Positions 9,936-20,159 of a stretch of 55,333 bases of DNA are shown here, one piece after another (the first letter of the stretch is position 1; each line of letters starts with the position of its first letter). A program made the position numbers and the translations under genes. Source of the DNA: Candidatus Geothermarchaeota archaeon (lineage in GTDB: Archaea > Thermoproteota > Nitrososphaeria > Geothermarchaeales > JDFR-13). The notes beneath the pieces were generated by a model. The model was not told the origin of the DNA, searched no databases, and saw only the letters and a list, made by a program, of their open reading frames with translations. The stretch lies in the NCBI GenBank assembly GCA_015523725.1, contig WAJV01000034.1, positions 1-55,333 on the forward strand, read 5' to 3'.

Positions 9936-10864
9936 TTCAAGACGTTTTTAACCTCTTCATCAGTAACCATAATTATCTCCTCAACTCCTTTTCGGTATGG
10001 CTCATCTAATGGTATTTTTATTATCGAGGCTCTATTGTTCATATATGGCGGCCCTAGTCTGGAAAATAAGGTTATTATTTTGCCGTTATGCCTATATTGA
10101 TAACCATTAACAGGCTCATGCCCTCTAATTATGATTGATAATTCATTCTTATCGAGGAATTTATGTGTTATATCCGGTCCGAATAGATATCCTACACCTC
10201 TATAGCTTGGGATGTATCCTTCTTCATTCATGGGGTCGTTCCACAAGATTTCTGTTAATGTCTCTTTATCTGGATATTGGTAATCTTGAATAGAGGTTTT
10301 CTTGACTGATATTCCTCCATGTAACATTAGTAATCTTGATTTAGATATGCATGCTATTGGTAAGTTGTCAAATATTTCTAGGAATAGTTCATATATTTTA
10401 CGCCATCTATTTGGATATCTGCTTCTTAGATATATGGGAAAATCATGGGGATAGGGTATTAACCATCTTGGGGGTTCATGGTTACCTCTTAAGAGTATTA
10501 TTTGATTTTTATGGGATAATTGTAATGTCATTAAGAACAAAATTGTTTCAATTTGGTACGGTCCTCTATCGATGTAGTCTCCAAGGAATATAACTTTGCC
10601 ATTATTTGTTAGGTGATTCTTAATGTCGGCCTTCTCCAAAAGAATTGATATGGTGGCAATATCTCCATGTATGTCGCCAATTATTAATCCATCTCCATCA
10701 AATAGGTATATTAATTTCCCTCTTTGGTCAAAATATTTCTTCATATCAATTAAATATGCTTTATATTCCTCGAGAAACTGCATTATTCTTGTTTCATCGA
10801 TTGAGCGTATGCTTCTCAATAGTTTGGCTATATATTCATCACTCAATCTATCACCATTAAACAT
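9932..10864 (-). CDS. PPP-family Ser/Thr protein phosphatase
   Basis: GDIHG, GDYIDRG, LRGNHE, HGG, LWNDP and IRGHE motifs. Confidence 0.92.
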   Translation of the reverse strand: MFNGDRLSDEYIAKLLRSIRSIDETRIMQFLEEYKAYLIDMKKYFDQRGKLIYLFDGDGLIIGDIHGDIATISILLEKADIKNHLTNNGKVIFLGDYIDRGPYQIETILFLMTLQLSHKNQIILLRGNHEPPRWLIPYPHDFPIYLRSRYPNRWRKIYELFLEIFDNLPIACISKSRLLMLHGGISVKKTSIQDYQYPDKETLTEILWNDPMNEEGYIPSYRGVGYLFGPDITHKFLDKNELSIIIRGHEPVNGYQYRHNGKIITLFSRLGPPYMNNRASIIKIPLDEPYRKGVEEIIMVTDEEVKNVLN

Positions 10865-10896
10865 ATATTATTATCCCATTTTTAGATATCCTGCAG

Positions 10897-12192
10897 TTAT
10901 TTTGCGAATAGTTTTTTCCTATATGCGTATAAATCCAAGAATCCATGGCCACTAATATTCATCAAAATTATTTTCTCTTCACCTTTCTTATCGAGTTCTT
11001 TTGCTATGTCTATAGTGGCCCTGATTGCATAACTTGATTCAGGGGCAGGTATCCATCCCTCTGTTTCAGTGAATAATTTTGCAGCTTGAAATATCGATTT
11101 TTCATCAGTTGGATATGCTAATGCATCTATATATCCGTGGTGGCGTAGTAGGCTTATTATTGGGGCTGCTGCATGATATCTTAATCCATCGGCCATGATT
11201 GGAGGCATTCTGGTTTTGTGGCCAAGTGTATACATCTTTAATTTTGGAGTGTATTCGGCTACATCACCATAATCATATCTATATGTACCTTTGATGAGAT
11301 TGGGGGCTGCTTCTGATTGGGCAGCCACAAATCTTATCTTCTTCTTTTTATTTAACACATCCATCATGAAAGGTAGTGATATTCCTCCAAAGTTACTTCC
11401 CCCTCCTAGGCAAGCCACGATTATATCTGGATACATATCTAATTTATTAAATTGTTCTTTAGCCTCGAGACCGATTATAGTTTGGTGTAGCAGGACGTGG
11501 TTTAAGACTGATCCTAATGCATATGCTGTATTTCTTTTCTTGGACGCATATTCTAGTCCTTCTGATATGGCTAGGCCTAAGGACCCCTCTTTCTCACCTC
11601 TCTTTAGTCCTTCTCTTCCCGCTTCAGTAATTTTGCTTGGAGATGCATAGACTTTCGCTCCATATAAACGCATAAATGTTCTTCTATCTCTCTTCCAGGT
11701 ATATACTGACCTAACCCAAAAAACTACTGCATTTAAGTCGTTTAGTTTAGCTGCATATGATAAAGCGGTTCCCCACTGTCCAGCTCCAGTTTCGGTTACT
11801 AGGGTTTCTATACCCGCTTTTTTAGCATAATATGCTTGGGCGAGGGCTGTGTTTACTTTATGCGAGCCCGTTGGGGATAAGTCCTCCCTTTTGTAGAAGA
11901 TTTTTACTTTCTTTAACTTTAGCGCCTTCTCGAGCCTAACCGCTCTATATAGGGGCCTTGGCCTACCGGCATGGATATATAATTCCCTCAACTCATCTGG
12001 AATTTTTACAAATCTCTCATCTGTATATTCCTGGCGCCAACATTCTGGAATACTGACCTCCTCCAAAAACCTAATTTTATCTCCCCCAGTTGGATCCATT
12101 GGTTTAGGTAAAGGTTCAGGTAAGTCTGGTAATATGTTATACCAATATTTTGGGAGTTCATCTGGTTCTAGTTCCACTCTATCAATAAACAT
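10897..12192 (-). CDS. trpB2: Tryptophan synthase beta chain 2 (TrpB-like PLP enzyme)
   Basis: P..WYNI, SPTGSHK.NTA, TETGAGQWG and GGGSNF. Start taken at ATG 12192 (MFIDRV) behind GGTGA. Confidence 0.93.
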   Translation of the reverse strand: MFIDRVELEPDELPKYWYNILPDLPEPLPKPMDPTGGDKIRFLEEVSIPECWRQEYTDERFVKIPDELRELYIHAGRPRPLYRAVRLEKALKLKKVKIFYKREDLSPTGSHKVNTALAQAYYAKKAGIETLVTETGAGQWGTALSYAAKLNDLNAVVFWVRSVYTWKRDRRTFMRLYGAKVYASPSKITEAGREGLKRGEKEGSLGLAISEGLEYASKKRNTAYALGSVLNHVLLHQTIIGLEAKEQFNKLDMYPDIIVACLGGGSNFGGISLPFMMDVLNKKKKIRFVAAQSEAAPNLIKGTYRYDYGDVAEYTPKLKMYTLGHKTRMPPIMADGLRYHAAAPIISLLRHHGYIDALAYPTDEKSIFQAAKLFTETEGWIPAPESSYAIRATIDIAKELDKKGEEKIILMNISGHGFLDLYAYRKKLFAK

Positions 12193-12354
12193 ATTTTCAC
12201 CAATAAAGACTTCGCTTTGGAGGTTATTTGAATAAGAAATATATATTTTCAATATCTTAATGTATATTAAAGCTTACTGGTGAATAGTCTGTTTTTTATA
12301 GGGTTTTCCCAATTTTCTCTATTATTATCATAGTTTGTTGCATATATTGACTGA

Positions 12355-12834
12355 GTGGTGATGGAAATGACTAGACCACCTCTTAGAATGATTACGTATG
12401 GATTATTTATTGGAAGTATTGGTGACGGTGAAGTTGTGGTTGCTGTGTTGAATTGGATAACTCAAGCATCCTTCGAACCTCCCCTTTTGGTAGTTGCTTT
12501 GAAGAAAGGCACAGCTATAAATAGATTGTTTAGGGAGAAAAGGTTCATGACTATTAATGTTGTTCCCGAAGGTGATTTAGATATGGTCAAAGCATTTTTC
12601 GGAAAAGTTGTTATAGAGGGAGATAAGGCTAATGGATACCGTTTTAAATATTCAGCTAGCAGCGGTGGATTAATATTGATGGATTCCTTGGGATACTTTG
12701 ATGTTGAGTTGGTCGATGTGTATGAGGGTGGTGATCACGATATATTTATTGTAAAATTTGTGGATGGTGAGGTGTTTAAAGAGGGTGGTAAACCAATTGT
12801 TATATGGGATACTCCATGGTATTACGGAGGTTGA
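12355..12834 (+). CDS. Flavin reductase-like FMN-binding protein
   Basis: WITQASFEPPL, GGDH.IF and C-terminal W.YGG. Confidence 0.85.
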   Translation: MVMEMTRPPLRMITYGLFIGSIGDGEVVVAVLNWITQASFEPPLLVVALKKGTAINRLFREKRFMTINVVPEGDLDMVKAFFGKVVIEGDKANGYRFKYSASSGGLILMDSLGYFDVELVDVYEGGDHDIFIVKFVDGEVFKEGGKPIVIWDTPWYYGG

Positions 12835-12908
12835 TTAAATAATAAGTTTAATGTCAATATATTATGTAAAAATTTAAATTGTCAATATGATTTCTCAATG
12901 GATTTGGT

Positions 12909-13412
12909 ATGCGTGGGAGGGTGGTATACTTACCCTCGGATAAAGAATTTGTAAAGCGTTTATTAAGGGTTTATGAACCTTCCCCGGGAGTAAAGATATT
13001 GGACTTGGGTTCTGGCGATGGAAGGATTCTCGAGAGTTTTCTCGATAAATATAGTGATATCAAGGCATTTGGTGTAGAGATAAATCCTAACCTAGTCAGT
13101 CTTTCTAGGAGAAGATTAAGTAGGTTTAAGGATATAGCTCAAATTAAGCTCGGAAATATGTATAACGTGAATCTGTCTGATTACGATGTTGTATATACAT
13201 ATCTGACTAGGAATGCTTTATTTAATCTCAGGCCAAATATAAACAAGCTACTGAGCTCTGGGGGAATTTTGATTGCTCATGACTATCCGGTGCCAGGTAT
13301 CAGACCCTCGCTTACCGATGTAGTTGATTTGAGTGGAAAGAAACACTATATATTTATATATTTTGATAAAGACAGGGTTAAAAAAAGTTTGTTGAAGGGA
13401 TTAAGAATTTAA
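12909..13412 (+). CDS. Class I SAM-dependent methyltransferase, resembling the archaeal protein-lysine MTase (aKMT/FAM173) group
   Basis: YLPS, LDLGSGDGR, GVEIN, DVVYTYL and HDYP.PG. Confidence 0.75.
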   Translation: MRGRVVYLPSDKEFVKRLLRVYEPSPGVKILDLGSGDGRILESFLDKYSDIKAFGVEINPNLVSLSRRRLSRFKDIAQIKLGNMYNVNLSDYDVVYTYLTRNALFNLRPNINKLLSSGGILIAHDYPVPGIRPSLTDVVDLSGKKHYIFIYFDKDRVKKSLLKGLRI

Positions 13413-13939
13413 TAATTATCTAGACTCAGTTTCTTTGCATACTCTTTACTTTTAAATAATACTTTCTCCCTCTCGGAAATTATTGTATGTAATTCATCCT
13501 TAGTTAATTCCCTGGCTTTATGGGCTGGTATTCCCATGATGAGTGAGTTGGCTGGATATTCTTTCTTTGGGGGTACGACGCTTCCAGCGGCGACTATCGA
13601 ATTATCATTTATTATTGCATTATCTAGAACTATGGCTCCAATCCCAATTAATACATTTGATCCAATAACTGCTCCGTGTATTATCGCTCCATGGCTTATT
13701 AAGGATCCTGAGCCTATTTTTACTGGGCTATTTTCCGGGGCCTCAATTAAACAGTTCTCTAAGACTGCTACCCTATTACCTAACTCTATTCTAGCCTCAT
13801 CCCCTCTTAAAATGGATCCGAATAATATAGCTGATTCATCACCAATTATTACCTCGCCCATAATGCGGGCCATGGGATCAATAAATACCTTTTTCCCAAT
13901 TCTCGGCTTTTTTCCAAATACCTCAACGATATTCTTCAT
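13409..13939 (-). CDS. Gamma-carbonic anhydrase family hexapeptide-repeat protein
   Basis: LRGD, HGA.IHG and IGIGAIVLD hexapeptide repeats. Confidence 0.88.
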   Translation of the reverse strand: MKNIVEVFGKKPRIGKKVFIDPMARIMGEVIIGDESAILFGSILRGDEARIELGNRVAVLENCLIEAPENSPVKIGSGSLISHGAIIHGAVIGSNVLIGIGAIVLDNAIINDNSIVAAGSVVPPKKEYPANSLIMGIPAHKARELTKDELHTIISEREKVLFKSKEYAKKLSLDNY

Positions 13940-13942
13940 ATT

Positions 13943-14911
13943 TTATACTACTCTATTAATCCTAATATCTTTGCTTAGTTGATCTATCTTTAGCCAATCA
14001 TCGAATTCCAAGCGCCACCCTACACATCCAATATTATCTAGTACTTGCTGGGGATTTTTTGCACCTGGTATGGGTAGCGTATTTGGGTATGCTGTTACAA
14101 TCCAGTTGAGTGCTACTTGTGCCGGTGTCTTCCCATATTTACTGGCGATTTCATTTAGTAATTCAACTAATTTATATATTTTCTTAAAGTTGTCGGGGTG
14201 AAAGATTGGTTCCCTGCTTCTTACATCTTGGAATTGTGGGAGATTATCCGGTGTATATTTGCCGGTTAATGCCCCCTTAGCCAATGGGCTCCATGGAATA
14301 ACTATTAAGTCCTCCCTTAAGGCATATGGAATGATTTCTTTTTCAGCGTCTCTCTCAACTAGGTTATACCTAACCTGTATGGATACTATGTCGGTGGTTG
14401 ATAGGCATGCTCTCGCCGATTCTATTAACTCTACTGGGAAGTCGCTTAACCCGATGTACCTAATTAATCCCATGTTTAATAACTGTTCAAGCGCCTCCAT
14501 ATATTCGCATGTAGGGAAGTTGTGCCATAGTGGAGGCCAATGAACCTGCATTAGATCAATGACATCAGTCTGGAGTCTCTTTAGACTTAATTGGGTGGCC
14601 CTCAATACGTCATCGCGTGACAAGTATTGCCCAGGTATTTTCGTCGCTATAAAAACCTCATCTCTTATTCCAAGTTCTTTTAATGCCTTACCTAAATATT
14701 CTTCACTCAATCCGTCCCCATATACCATTGCCGTGTCGAAGAAGTTTACTCCATTCTCATAGGCCGTCTCAATAATTTTCTTTGCATCTTCATAATTGGT
14801 TACTCCCCATGTCTCACTTATTTGCCATAGTCCCAATCCTATTCTACTAACCCTCTCCCCAGTCCATCCGAGGTCTATCTTCTCAATCTCTTCACTCATA
14901 TATTTCACCAT
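13943..14911 (-). CDS. Aldo/keto reductase
   Basis: GLG.W, FFDTA.VYG, IATK, DL.QVHWP, WSPLAKG and IPGAK. Confidence 0.93.
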   Translation of the reverse strand: MVKYMSEEIEKIDLGWTGERVSRIGLGLWQISETWGVTNYEDAKKIIETAYENGVNFFDTAMVYGDGLSEEYLGKALKELGIRDEVFIATKIPGQYLSRDDVLRATQLSLKRLQTDVIDLMQVHWPPLWHNFPTCEYMEALEQLLNMGLIRYIGLSDFPVELIESARACLSTTDIVSIQVRYNLVERDAEKEIIPYALREDLIVIPWSPLAKGALTGKYTPDNLPQFQDVRSREPIFHPDNFKKIYKLVELLNEIASKYGKTPAQVALNWIVTAYPNTLPIPGAKNPQQVLDNIGCVGWRLEFDDWLKIDQLSKDIRINRVV

Positions 14912-14984
14912 ACAATTTTCTCCCTTTAGATAATTGAGATTGATATTATATTATTTAAATTAGTTGTTGAGTGGTGGGATTGGG

Positions 14985-15917
14985 ATGGACGTGGTCTTGG
15001 ATATGGATCCTGGAGTCGATGACGCGGTTGCACTTATGTTGGCTTTGAATAGTGAGGAGCTGAATATAGTTGGGATAACTACAACATATGGTAATGTACC
15101 TGTTGATATCGCGACTAAGAACGTTTTCCGTGTATTGTCTCTCGCTAATAGGATTGATGTACCTGTTTATGTAGGTTCATATAGACCAATACTTAGTTTC
15201 GCTGGTTATGCTGAGGATATCCATGGTGAAGATGGATTGGGTGGTGTCTCGATCCCCTATGTTGATATATCACCTAAGGGATCTGCAGTTCCCTTCCTCA
15301 TGCATGCTGCTAGGGAGTATGAAGATTTAACTATAGTCTCCACCGGCCCTTTGACAAATATTGCTTTAGCCATTTTAGTGGATAGGGAGTTCCCTAGACA
15401 CGTAGGGAGATTGATTCATATGGGTGGCGCGTATGGATTGACTGACTATGGTTATGGAAATGTTGGTCCAGTTAATGAATTTAACATTTATAGCGATCCC
15501 CATGCTGCTAAAGTAGTTTTCGAGAGTGATCTAGATATTTTCAGCATTGGTCTCGATGTAACCATGAATCCATCGGCCATGTTTAATGAGCATGAGGTGA
15601 GGTCGATTGGTAAAAAGGGTGGAGAATTTGGTAGGTATATTCCACATATGGTTAGGAGGATTATTGAGAAGGAGGGCGCTGTTGCTTTTCACGACGCTGT
15701 TCCAGTAGCATATTTGGTAGATAATTCTCTGTTAAAGTTTAGGGATCTGTATGTATCTATAGAGGTTTCTGGCGTGGAGGCTTATGGAGCTATGATCGTA
15801 GATAGGAGGAATTGGTTACCGAGTGAGCTTAGGCAAGGGAGTTTAGTTAAGGTTGCTTATTGGATAGATGGTGATAAGTTTAAGAGGATTCTTTGGGATA
15901 GGGTGTTTATGCATTAG
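14985..15917 (+). CDS. Inosine/uridine-preferring nucleoside hydrolase
   Basis: DMDPGVDDA, HGEDGLG, GPLTN, EFNIY.DP and HD motifs; ATG 14985. Confidence 0.93.
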   Translation: MDVVLDMDPGVDDAVALMLALNSEELNIVGITTTYGNVPVDIATKNVFRVLSLANRIDVPVYVGSYRPILSFAGYAEDIHGEDGLGGVSIPYVDISPKGSAVPFLMHAAREYEDLTIVSTGPLTNIALAILVDREFPRHVGRLIHMGGAYGLTDYGYGNVGPVNEFNIYSDPHAAKVVFESDLDIFSIGLDVTMNPSAMFNEHEVRSIGKKGGEFGRYIPHMVRRIIEKEGAVAFHDAVPVAYLVDNSLLKFRDLYVSIEVSGVEAYGAMIVDRRNWLPSELRQGSLVKVAYWIDGDKFKRILWDRVFMH

Positions 15918-17983
15918 CTTATACCTATGAAATTCTCCAGACTGATTAATCTATTTTCGGCATACTCTATTGGTAGCGTATCGATGCTCTTGTTCAACCT
16001 ATTTATATAGTAATTCTTACTGTATCCCATATCTTCACTCCAGTATTCTATTGGGATGGCCTCCCTCTTACTATCCACTATAAATTTTACTACTTCTCCT
16101 TCCCTTAACTTAAATCGTTTTACAGCGTCTATAAATAGGTTATTACCTCTATATTCATACCATCTTCTAGTTATTCTCTTTGTTATTAATAGGTCTTTGA
16201 TGGGGGCTTCTCCATTTGCTATGATGGATATGTAATTAGAGTGGAGGCTTAATACTTTCTTTAATAGGGTTCTCATATCTTCTATATCTGTAGCCTTTGA
16301 AAGTATGTCTATAGCTTCTTTCTGGAATCTTTTTATTATTGGTGGTGTATCCCTCCTAACTAGTTCAATGCCCTTGACTTTTATCTCTCCATTATATCCT
16401 ACACCATAATATCTGTTTGATTGGGCTATAGGCGGTCTACTCATATTTTTTGGTAGATATAGCCATTTATAATGTATATCCAGTTCCATTCTTATACCTA
16501 TTTCCCTAGATATTTCTCTACAGAGTTTAATATAATCTTCTCTTGTGCCTCCTTCTTTATAGACCCATATACTATCTACTATTGCATGTATTACTTTATA
16601 GCCGTGTTTCTTGGCTATATTTATTGTTTTATTGAGGATATATCTGGCATAGGCTGTAACCGATTCGTATGCTTCTATTTTTCCGAATCTAGCGTTTCTA
16701 TATCCAAGGTATCCAAAGCATGCTACTAGTATCCATTTTATGGCATTCTGTCTAGCATAATATATTGGATCACGAGTTTCTTTAGCCAGGTCTTTCAAGA
16801 CCACTCTTCTCCTTATAAGTTTATTTAGAACCATTGGGACTATGCCTTCAACATCCATACATATTTTATGGATCCCTATCGGTGTGACTATATATTCTTT
16901 ACACCCTTCTCTATTAACCGTTTCATTACTGATGTTATACTTTACTATTATGTTTGGGTATAGGCTTGTGAAGTCGCATTGGGCTATATTCCAGTAGAGG
17001 CCTGGTGTGGGTATGTAATATAGTCCGCCTCTATCGATCTTATATAAATTAGTTAGTTTCTTAGGCTTCTCTATATCAACCCTATACTCAGGTATAGCCA
17101 TATGTCTTTTAAGTGCCTCTACCGCCTCTATAGTAGTCAATATTTTTCCTATACTGTATTTGGATACCCTGCCTAGGTCGGTGTAGGAGAGACGACTTAA
17201 TTCGATTAATCCATGGTATTCACTTGGTTCTAATACTGTTGATCCATAGTTTATATATACTCTCCTACGTTTGTGTAGTACCTCTTTTACTCCATCCTTC
17301 TTGACTAGCCATTTATGGAGTATTGGATTTGTATACTCGATTACATCTGGGTCATAGTAGTTTATATATTCAATCAAAGTATCTATGTTCCTGACTTCCA
17401 ATTTATCTTGGTTGCCATTTACATATATAATATATTTCTCGGGTTCCTTCCTCCATGGATTACTGTTTTCTCCGTACCAGTTGAATCCCCTTATTAATAT
17501 CCTCTTGAAGGGTGGGGGTATATAGTTTATTGATTCTCTATCCTCATATTCATATGCATCTATAAATCCACCATCTATATGTATATTTGCTAATAGGCTT
17601 GGTGGAACACCTATATCCAATAATATTTTTTGGGGGATTGCTGGTATTGTATTATATAGTTTGATATGTGTATAATAACTGTTTCTTAGATATCTAACGA
17701 ATTTATAGTATTCACTTATTCCAGAGAATCTTATTACATATATATTTCTATCCTTATTATACCATGGAGGGAGTCTCCAATTCTCTTTATATACATCTAA
17801 TATATCGTCTTTGAATCCCTTGATTAATCGTATAGCCTCCTCATCATCTCCATGAATATATGCTTTTGGAGTATAGTATATTGGTATTTCCCTATATCTA
17901 TGATTTATATCTTTAATTACTATTAATGCCCTGTTTAGCCTTGTATCTATATCTATTTTAAGTATCCATCCTTTGATATCCAT
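15914..17983 (-). CDS. polB2: Family B DNA polymerase, PolB2 (Dpo2) subfamily
   Basis: DFTSLYP (motif A), KWILVACFGYLGY (motif B) and a PolC motif reading AIVDS instead of GDTDS; eroded exonuclease region. Confidence 0.9.
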   Translation of the reverse strand: MDIKGWILKIDIDTRLNRALIVIKDINHRYREIPIYYTPKAYIHGDDEEAIRLIKGFKDDILDVYKENWRLPPWYNKDRNIYVIRFSGISEYYKFVRYLRNSYYTHIKLYNTIPAIPQKILLDIGVPPSLLANIHIDGGFIDAYEYEDRESINYIPPPFKRILIRGFNWYGENSNPWRKEPEKYIIYVNGNQDKLEVRNIDTLIEYINYYDPDVIEYTNPILHKWLVKKDGVKEVLHKRRRVYINYGSTVLEPSEYHGLIELSRLSYTDLGRVSKYSIGKILTTIEAVEALKRHMAIPEYRVDIEKPKKLTNLYKIDRGGLYYIPTPGLYWNIAQCDFTSLYPNIIVKYNISNETVNREGCKEYIVTPIGIHKICMDVEGIVPMVLNKLIRRRVVLKDLAKETRDPIYYARQNAIKWILVACFGYLGYRNARFGKIEAYESVTAYARYILNKTINIAKKHGYKVIHAIVDSIWVYKEGGTREDYIKLCREISREIGIRMELDIHYKWLYLPKNMSRPPIAQSNRYYGVGYNGEIKVKGIELVRRDTPPIIKRFQKEAIDILSKATDIEDMRTLLKKVLSLHSNYISIIANGEAPIKDLLITKRITRRWYEYRGNNLFIDAVKRFKLREGEVVKFIVDSKREAIPIEYWSEDMGYSKNYYINRLNKSIDTLPIEYAENRLISLENFIGIS

Positions 17984-18225
17984 TTCTCCAGCCTCTCCAG
18001 CCTCTTGTAAACATCTATCAATCCTGTGAGTATTACTAGGAAACGTATATCTGGTAATGAAGTTAGGTATATTGGTCCTTGCATCTCCCTAGCTCGTTTA
18101 ATTAGTTTATCTAATATCCTTTTATCATCTTCGCCTATAACCTCCCCCAATTCACTAACCTCTCTTAAAACCTCCTCTAGAAGCTTGGTATAGCTGGGTG
18201 TGCTTCTCCCCATATATATCACCAT
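17953..18225 (-). CDS. Small PolB2-associated protein (arCOG07300-like)
   Basis: MGRSTPSY N-terminus, helical 86-90 aa, and overlap with the polB2 start, the typical position for this family. Confidence 0.7.
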   Translation of the reverse strand: MVIYMGRSTPSYTKLLEEVLREVSELGEVIGEDDKRILDKLIKRAREMQGPIYLTSLPDIRFLVILTGLIDVYKRLERLEKWISKDGYLK

Positions 18226-18369
18226 TATGTGAAAATAATGGATTGGTATGTTTATCCAATATACTTGGCGGTATAGCCCTTATTTATTCATATTTGGTGT
18301 ATTGATGTTTGTTATATAATTTATATGTATGTTTTATATCTGTGTTTAGACACACACCCCTTTGTGAAA

Positions 18370-19503
18370 CTATTTGGAGGCCCTTCTAACCATGATTATA
18401 AATACTGGTATCAAGATTATTATGAGGAGGCCTGATAATTCATAGAGCTGTTTATAGATTGGATTGTTTATTAATTTAGCTATGTCCGCTATTGCTCTTA
18501 TGAATATTGATGTGTTTAGTAGTATGTATGGGTATATGTTGACTCTGGCTTCGTCTATGGTTTTTCCTTCTATTGTCGTTAGTACTGCTGGTCCATGGCC
18601 TAGCAGCATGTTACCTATGAATCCTAGGGCTATTAAGTGTATGGCAATGTCTAGAATTGGTAGTTGGGTATATATTGTTGTGAATATTATGTAGGCTGTT
18701 GCTCCAAATATACTTGTTATATATGCTGTTGCTAGGTGTATTGCTTGGTATTTCATTAATGGCTTATTGGTTTTGAGGAGGCGTTTAATGTTTATGTTTT
18801 CAAAGTAGTACATTAATAGGGTTGTTATTAATATGAATAAAGCTGATATTGATACGGCTTTAGTGTATGCTATTGTGTTTAGGGGGATTAATGTTATTAT
18901 TACCATTATTGATAGGATTGGTGTAATGTTTAGAATATCTTTTCTTGGGTGGGGGATGAATTTAGATAGTTCTATTCTTTCTGCAAGTATGAATATTAGA
19001 GGATAGGATAGGAGTAGTAGGCTGTAAGCGGTATAGTTCTTTATCTTTGTTGTTAAGAAGTATATTATGGATAGGTATGCTATTAGGGATGTGAGTGAAA
19101 GGTAATAGCTATTTCTATCTATATTTTTGCCTATTATGGTTAGATATGTTATGAATAGTAGGCCTCCTATGAATAGGATGCCACTCGAAATATAGAGTAG
19201 GCTGCTGTTACGTAAGACACTTCCTAATATATATAGGATATACCCAATTATTGTCGAGTATAGTGCTTGCTTTGCCCTAGTTAATCCCTCTTGACTCGAC
19301 ATGATTTGAAGTCCAGCGACTCTCTCATAAATTATCACTATAGTTATGAATCCTATTATTAGCATACTTGAGTGGAGGTTTGTGAATTGATTAAGGATAG
19401 GGATTCCTGTTCTTCCTGCAAATATATTTAGTAGCCTCTGATAACCTAGTAATATGCCTACGACCAATAGTATTATCCCTATGATTAATGGGCTTCTCTT
19501 CAT
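18370..19503 (-). CDS. Multi-pass membrane protein, NnrS/heme-copper-oxidase-like hypothetical family
   Basis: About 12 hydrophobic segments with H..MLIIGF..IIYER, ERIEL and DIAIH..LGF..ML.GHGP motifs. Confidence 0.6.
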   Translation of the reverse strand: MKRSPLIIGIILLVVGILLGYQRLLNIFAGRTGIPILNQFTNLHSSMLIIGFITIVIIYERVAGLQIMSSQEGLTRAKQALYSTIIGYILYILGSVLRNSSLLYISSGILFIGGLLFITYLTIIGKNIDRNSYYLSLTSLIAYLSIIYFLTTKIKNYTAYSLLLLSYPLIFILAERIELSKFIPHPRKDILNITPILSIMVIITLIPLNTIAYTKAVSISALFILITTLLMYYFENINIKRLLKTNKPLMKYQAIHLATAYITSIFGATAYIIFTTIYTQLPILDIAIHLIALGFIGNMLLGHGPAVLTTIEGKTIDEARVNIYPYILLNTSIFIRAIADIAKLINNPIYKQLYELSGLLIIILIPVFIIMVRRASK

Positions 19504-19595
19504 CTTTGTACGCCTTAATTAGGTGATAAAAAATTTAGTATTTGAATTGTTAAATATATTATATTGTCCATGTCTTTCTGGTTGGGGGTGTCTAT

Positions 19596-20147
19596 ATGCC
19601 TATATATACGAGGTTGGGGGATAAGGGGAATACGAGTGTAATTGGGGGTGTTAGGCTTCCTAAGGATCATCCGCTTATTGAGGCTTTGGGAACTATTGAT
19701 GAGTTGGCGTCTCTATTGGGTTATATTAGGTCTTTGACTGATGAGGATTATTTAATAAATATTATTAAGGAGGTGCAGGTGGATCTTCATAGGATGTCGG
19801 CTGAGTTGGCTTGTACTTATAGCCCTATTATTGGGAGGAAGTGTGAGGATATTAGTAGAAATGATGTGGCTAGGTTGGAGTTATATATTGATGAGGTTGA
19901 GGCAAATATACCTCCCCTCGATAAGTTTATTGTGGTTGGTGGTAGTGAGTTATCTTCTCTGCTGCATTTCGCTAGAGCTATTTGTAGGAGGGCGGAGAGG
20001 AGGGTTGTTACATTCTTTAAGTCTCAAGGTGTGGAGGGGCATGGGGATGTAATTGCATATTTAAATAGATTGAGTGATTTACTATTTGTTTTAGCTAGGA
20101 AGGTTGGTTTGGAGGAGGGATTTGAAGAGGAGTACTGGACTCCCTGA
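19596..20147 (+). CDS. pduO: ATP:cob(I)alamin adenosyltransferase, PduO type
   Basis: IYTR.GDKG.T, GTIDEL, RAICRRAERR and YLNRLSDLLF. Confidence 0.93.
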   Translation: MPIYTRLGDKGNTSVIGGVRLPKDHPLIEALGTIDELASLLGYIRSLTDEDYLINIIKEVQVDLHRMSAELACTYSPIIGRKCEDISRNDVARLELYIDEVEANIPPLDKFIVVGGSELSSLLHFARAICRRAERRVVTFFKSQGVEGHGDVIAYLNRLSDLLFVLARKVGLEEGFEEEYWTP

Positions 20148-20159
20148 GTGGGGTGGTAG

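Noticed and set aside
15914-17983. PolB as a marker of a casposon, provirus or other mobile element
   Set aside because: It is the cellular PolB2 type; there is no integrase, Cas1, terminal repeat or viral gene nearby.
18231-18236. ANTTTC (Sulfolobus UV-responsive-like element) on the - strand before the polB2 operon
   Set aside because: A 6-mer in AT-rich DNA is expected by chance, and it lies close to the start rather than upstream of the TATA box.
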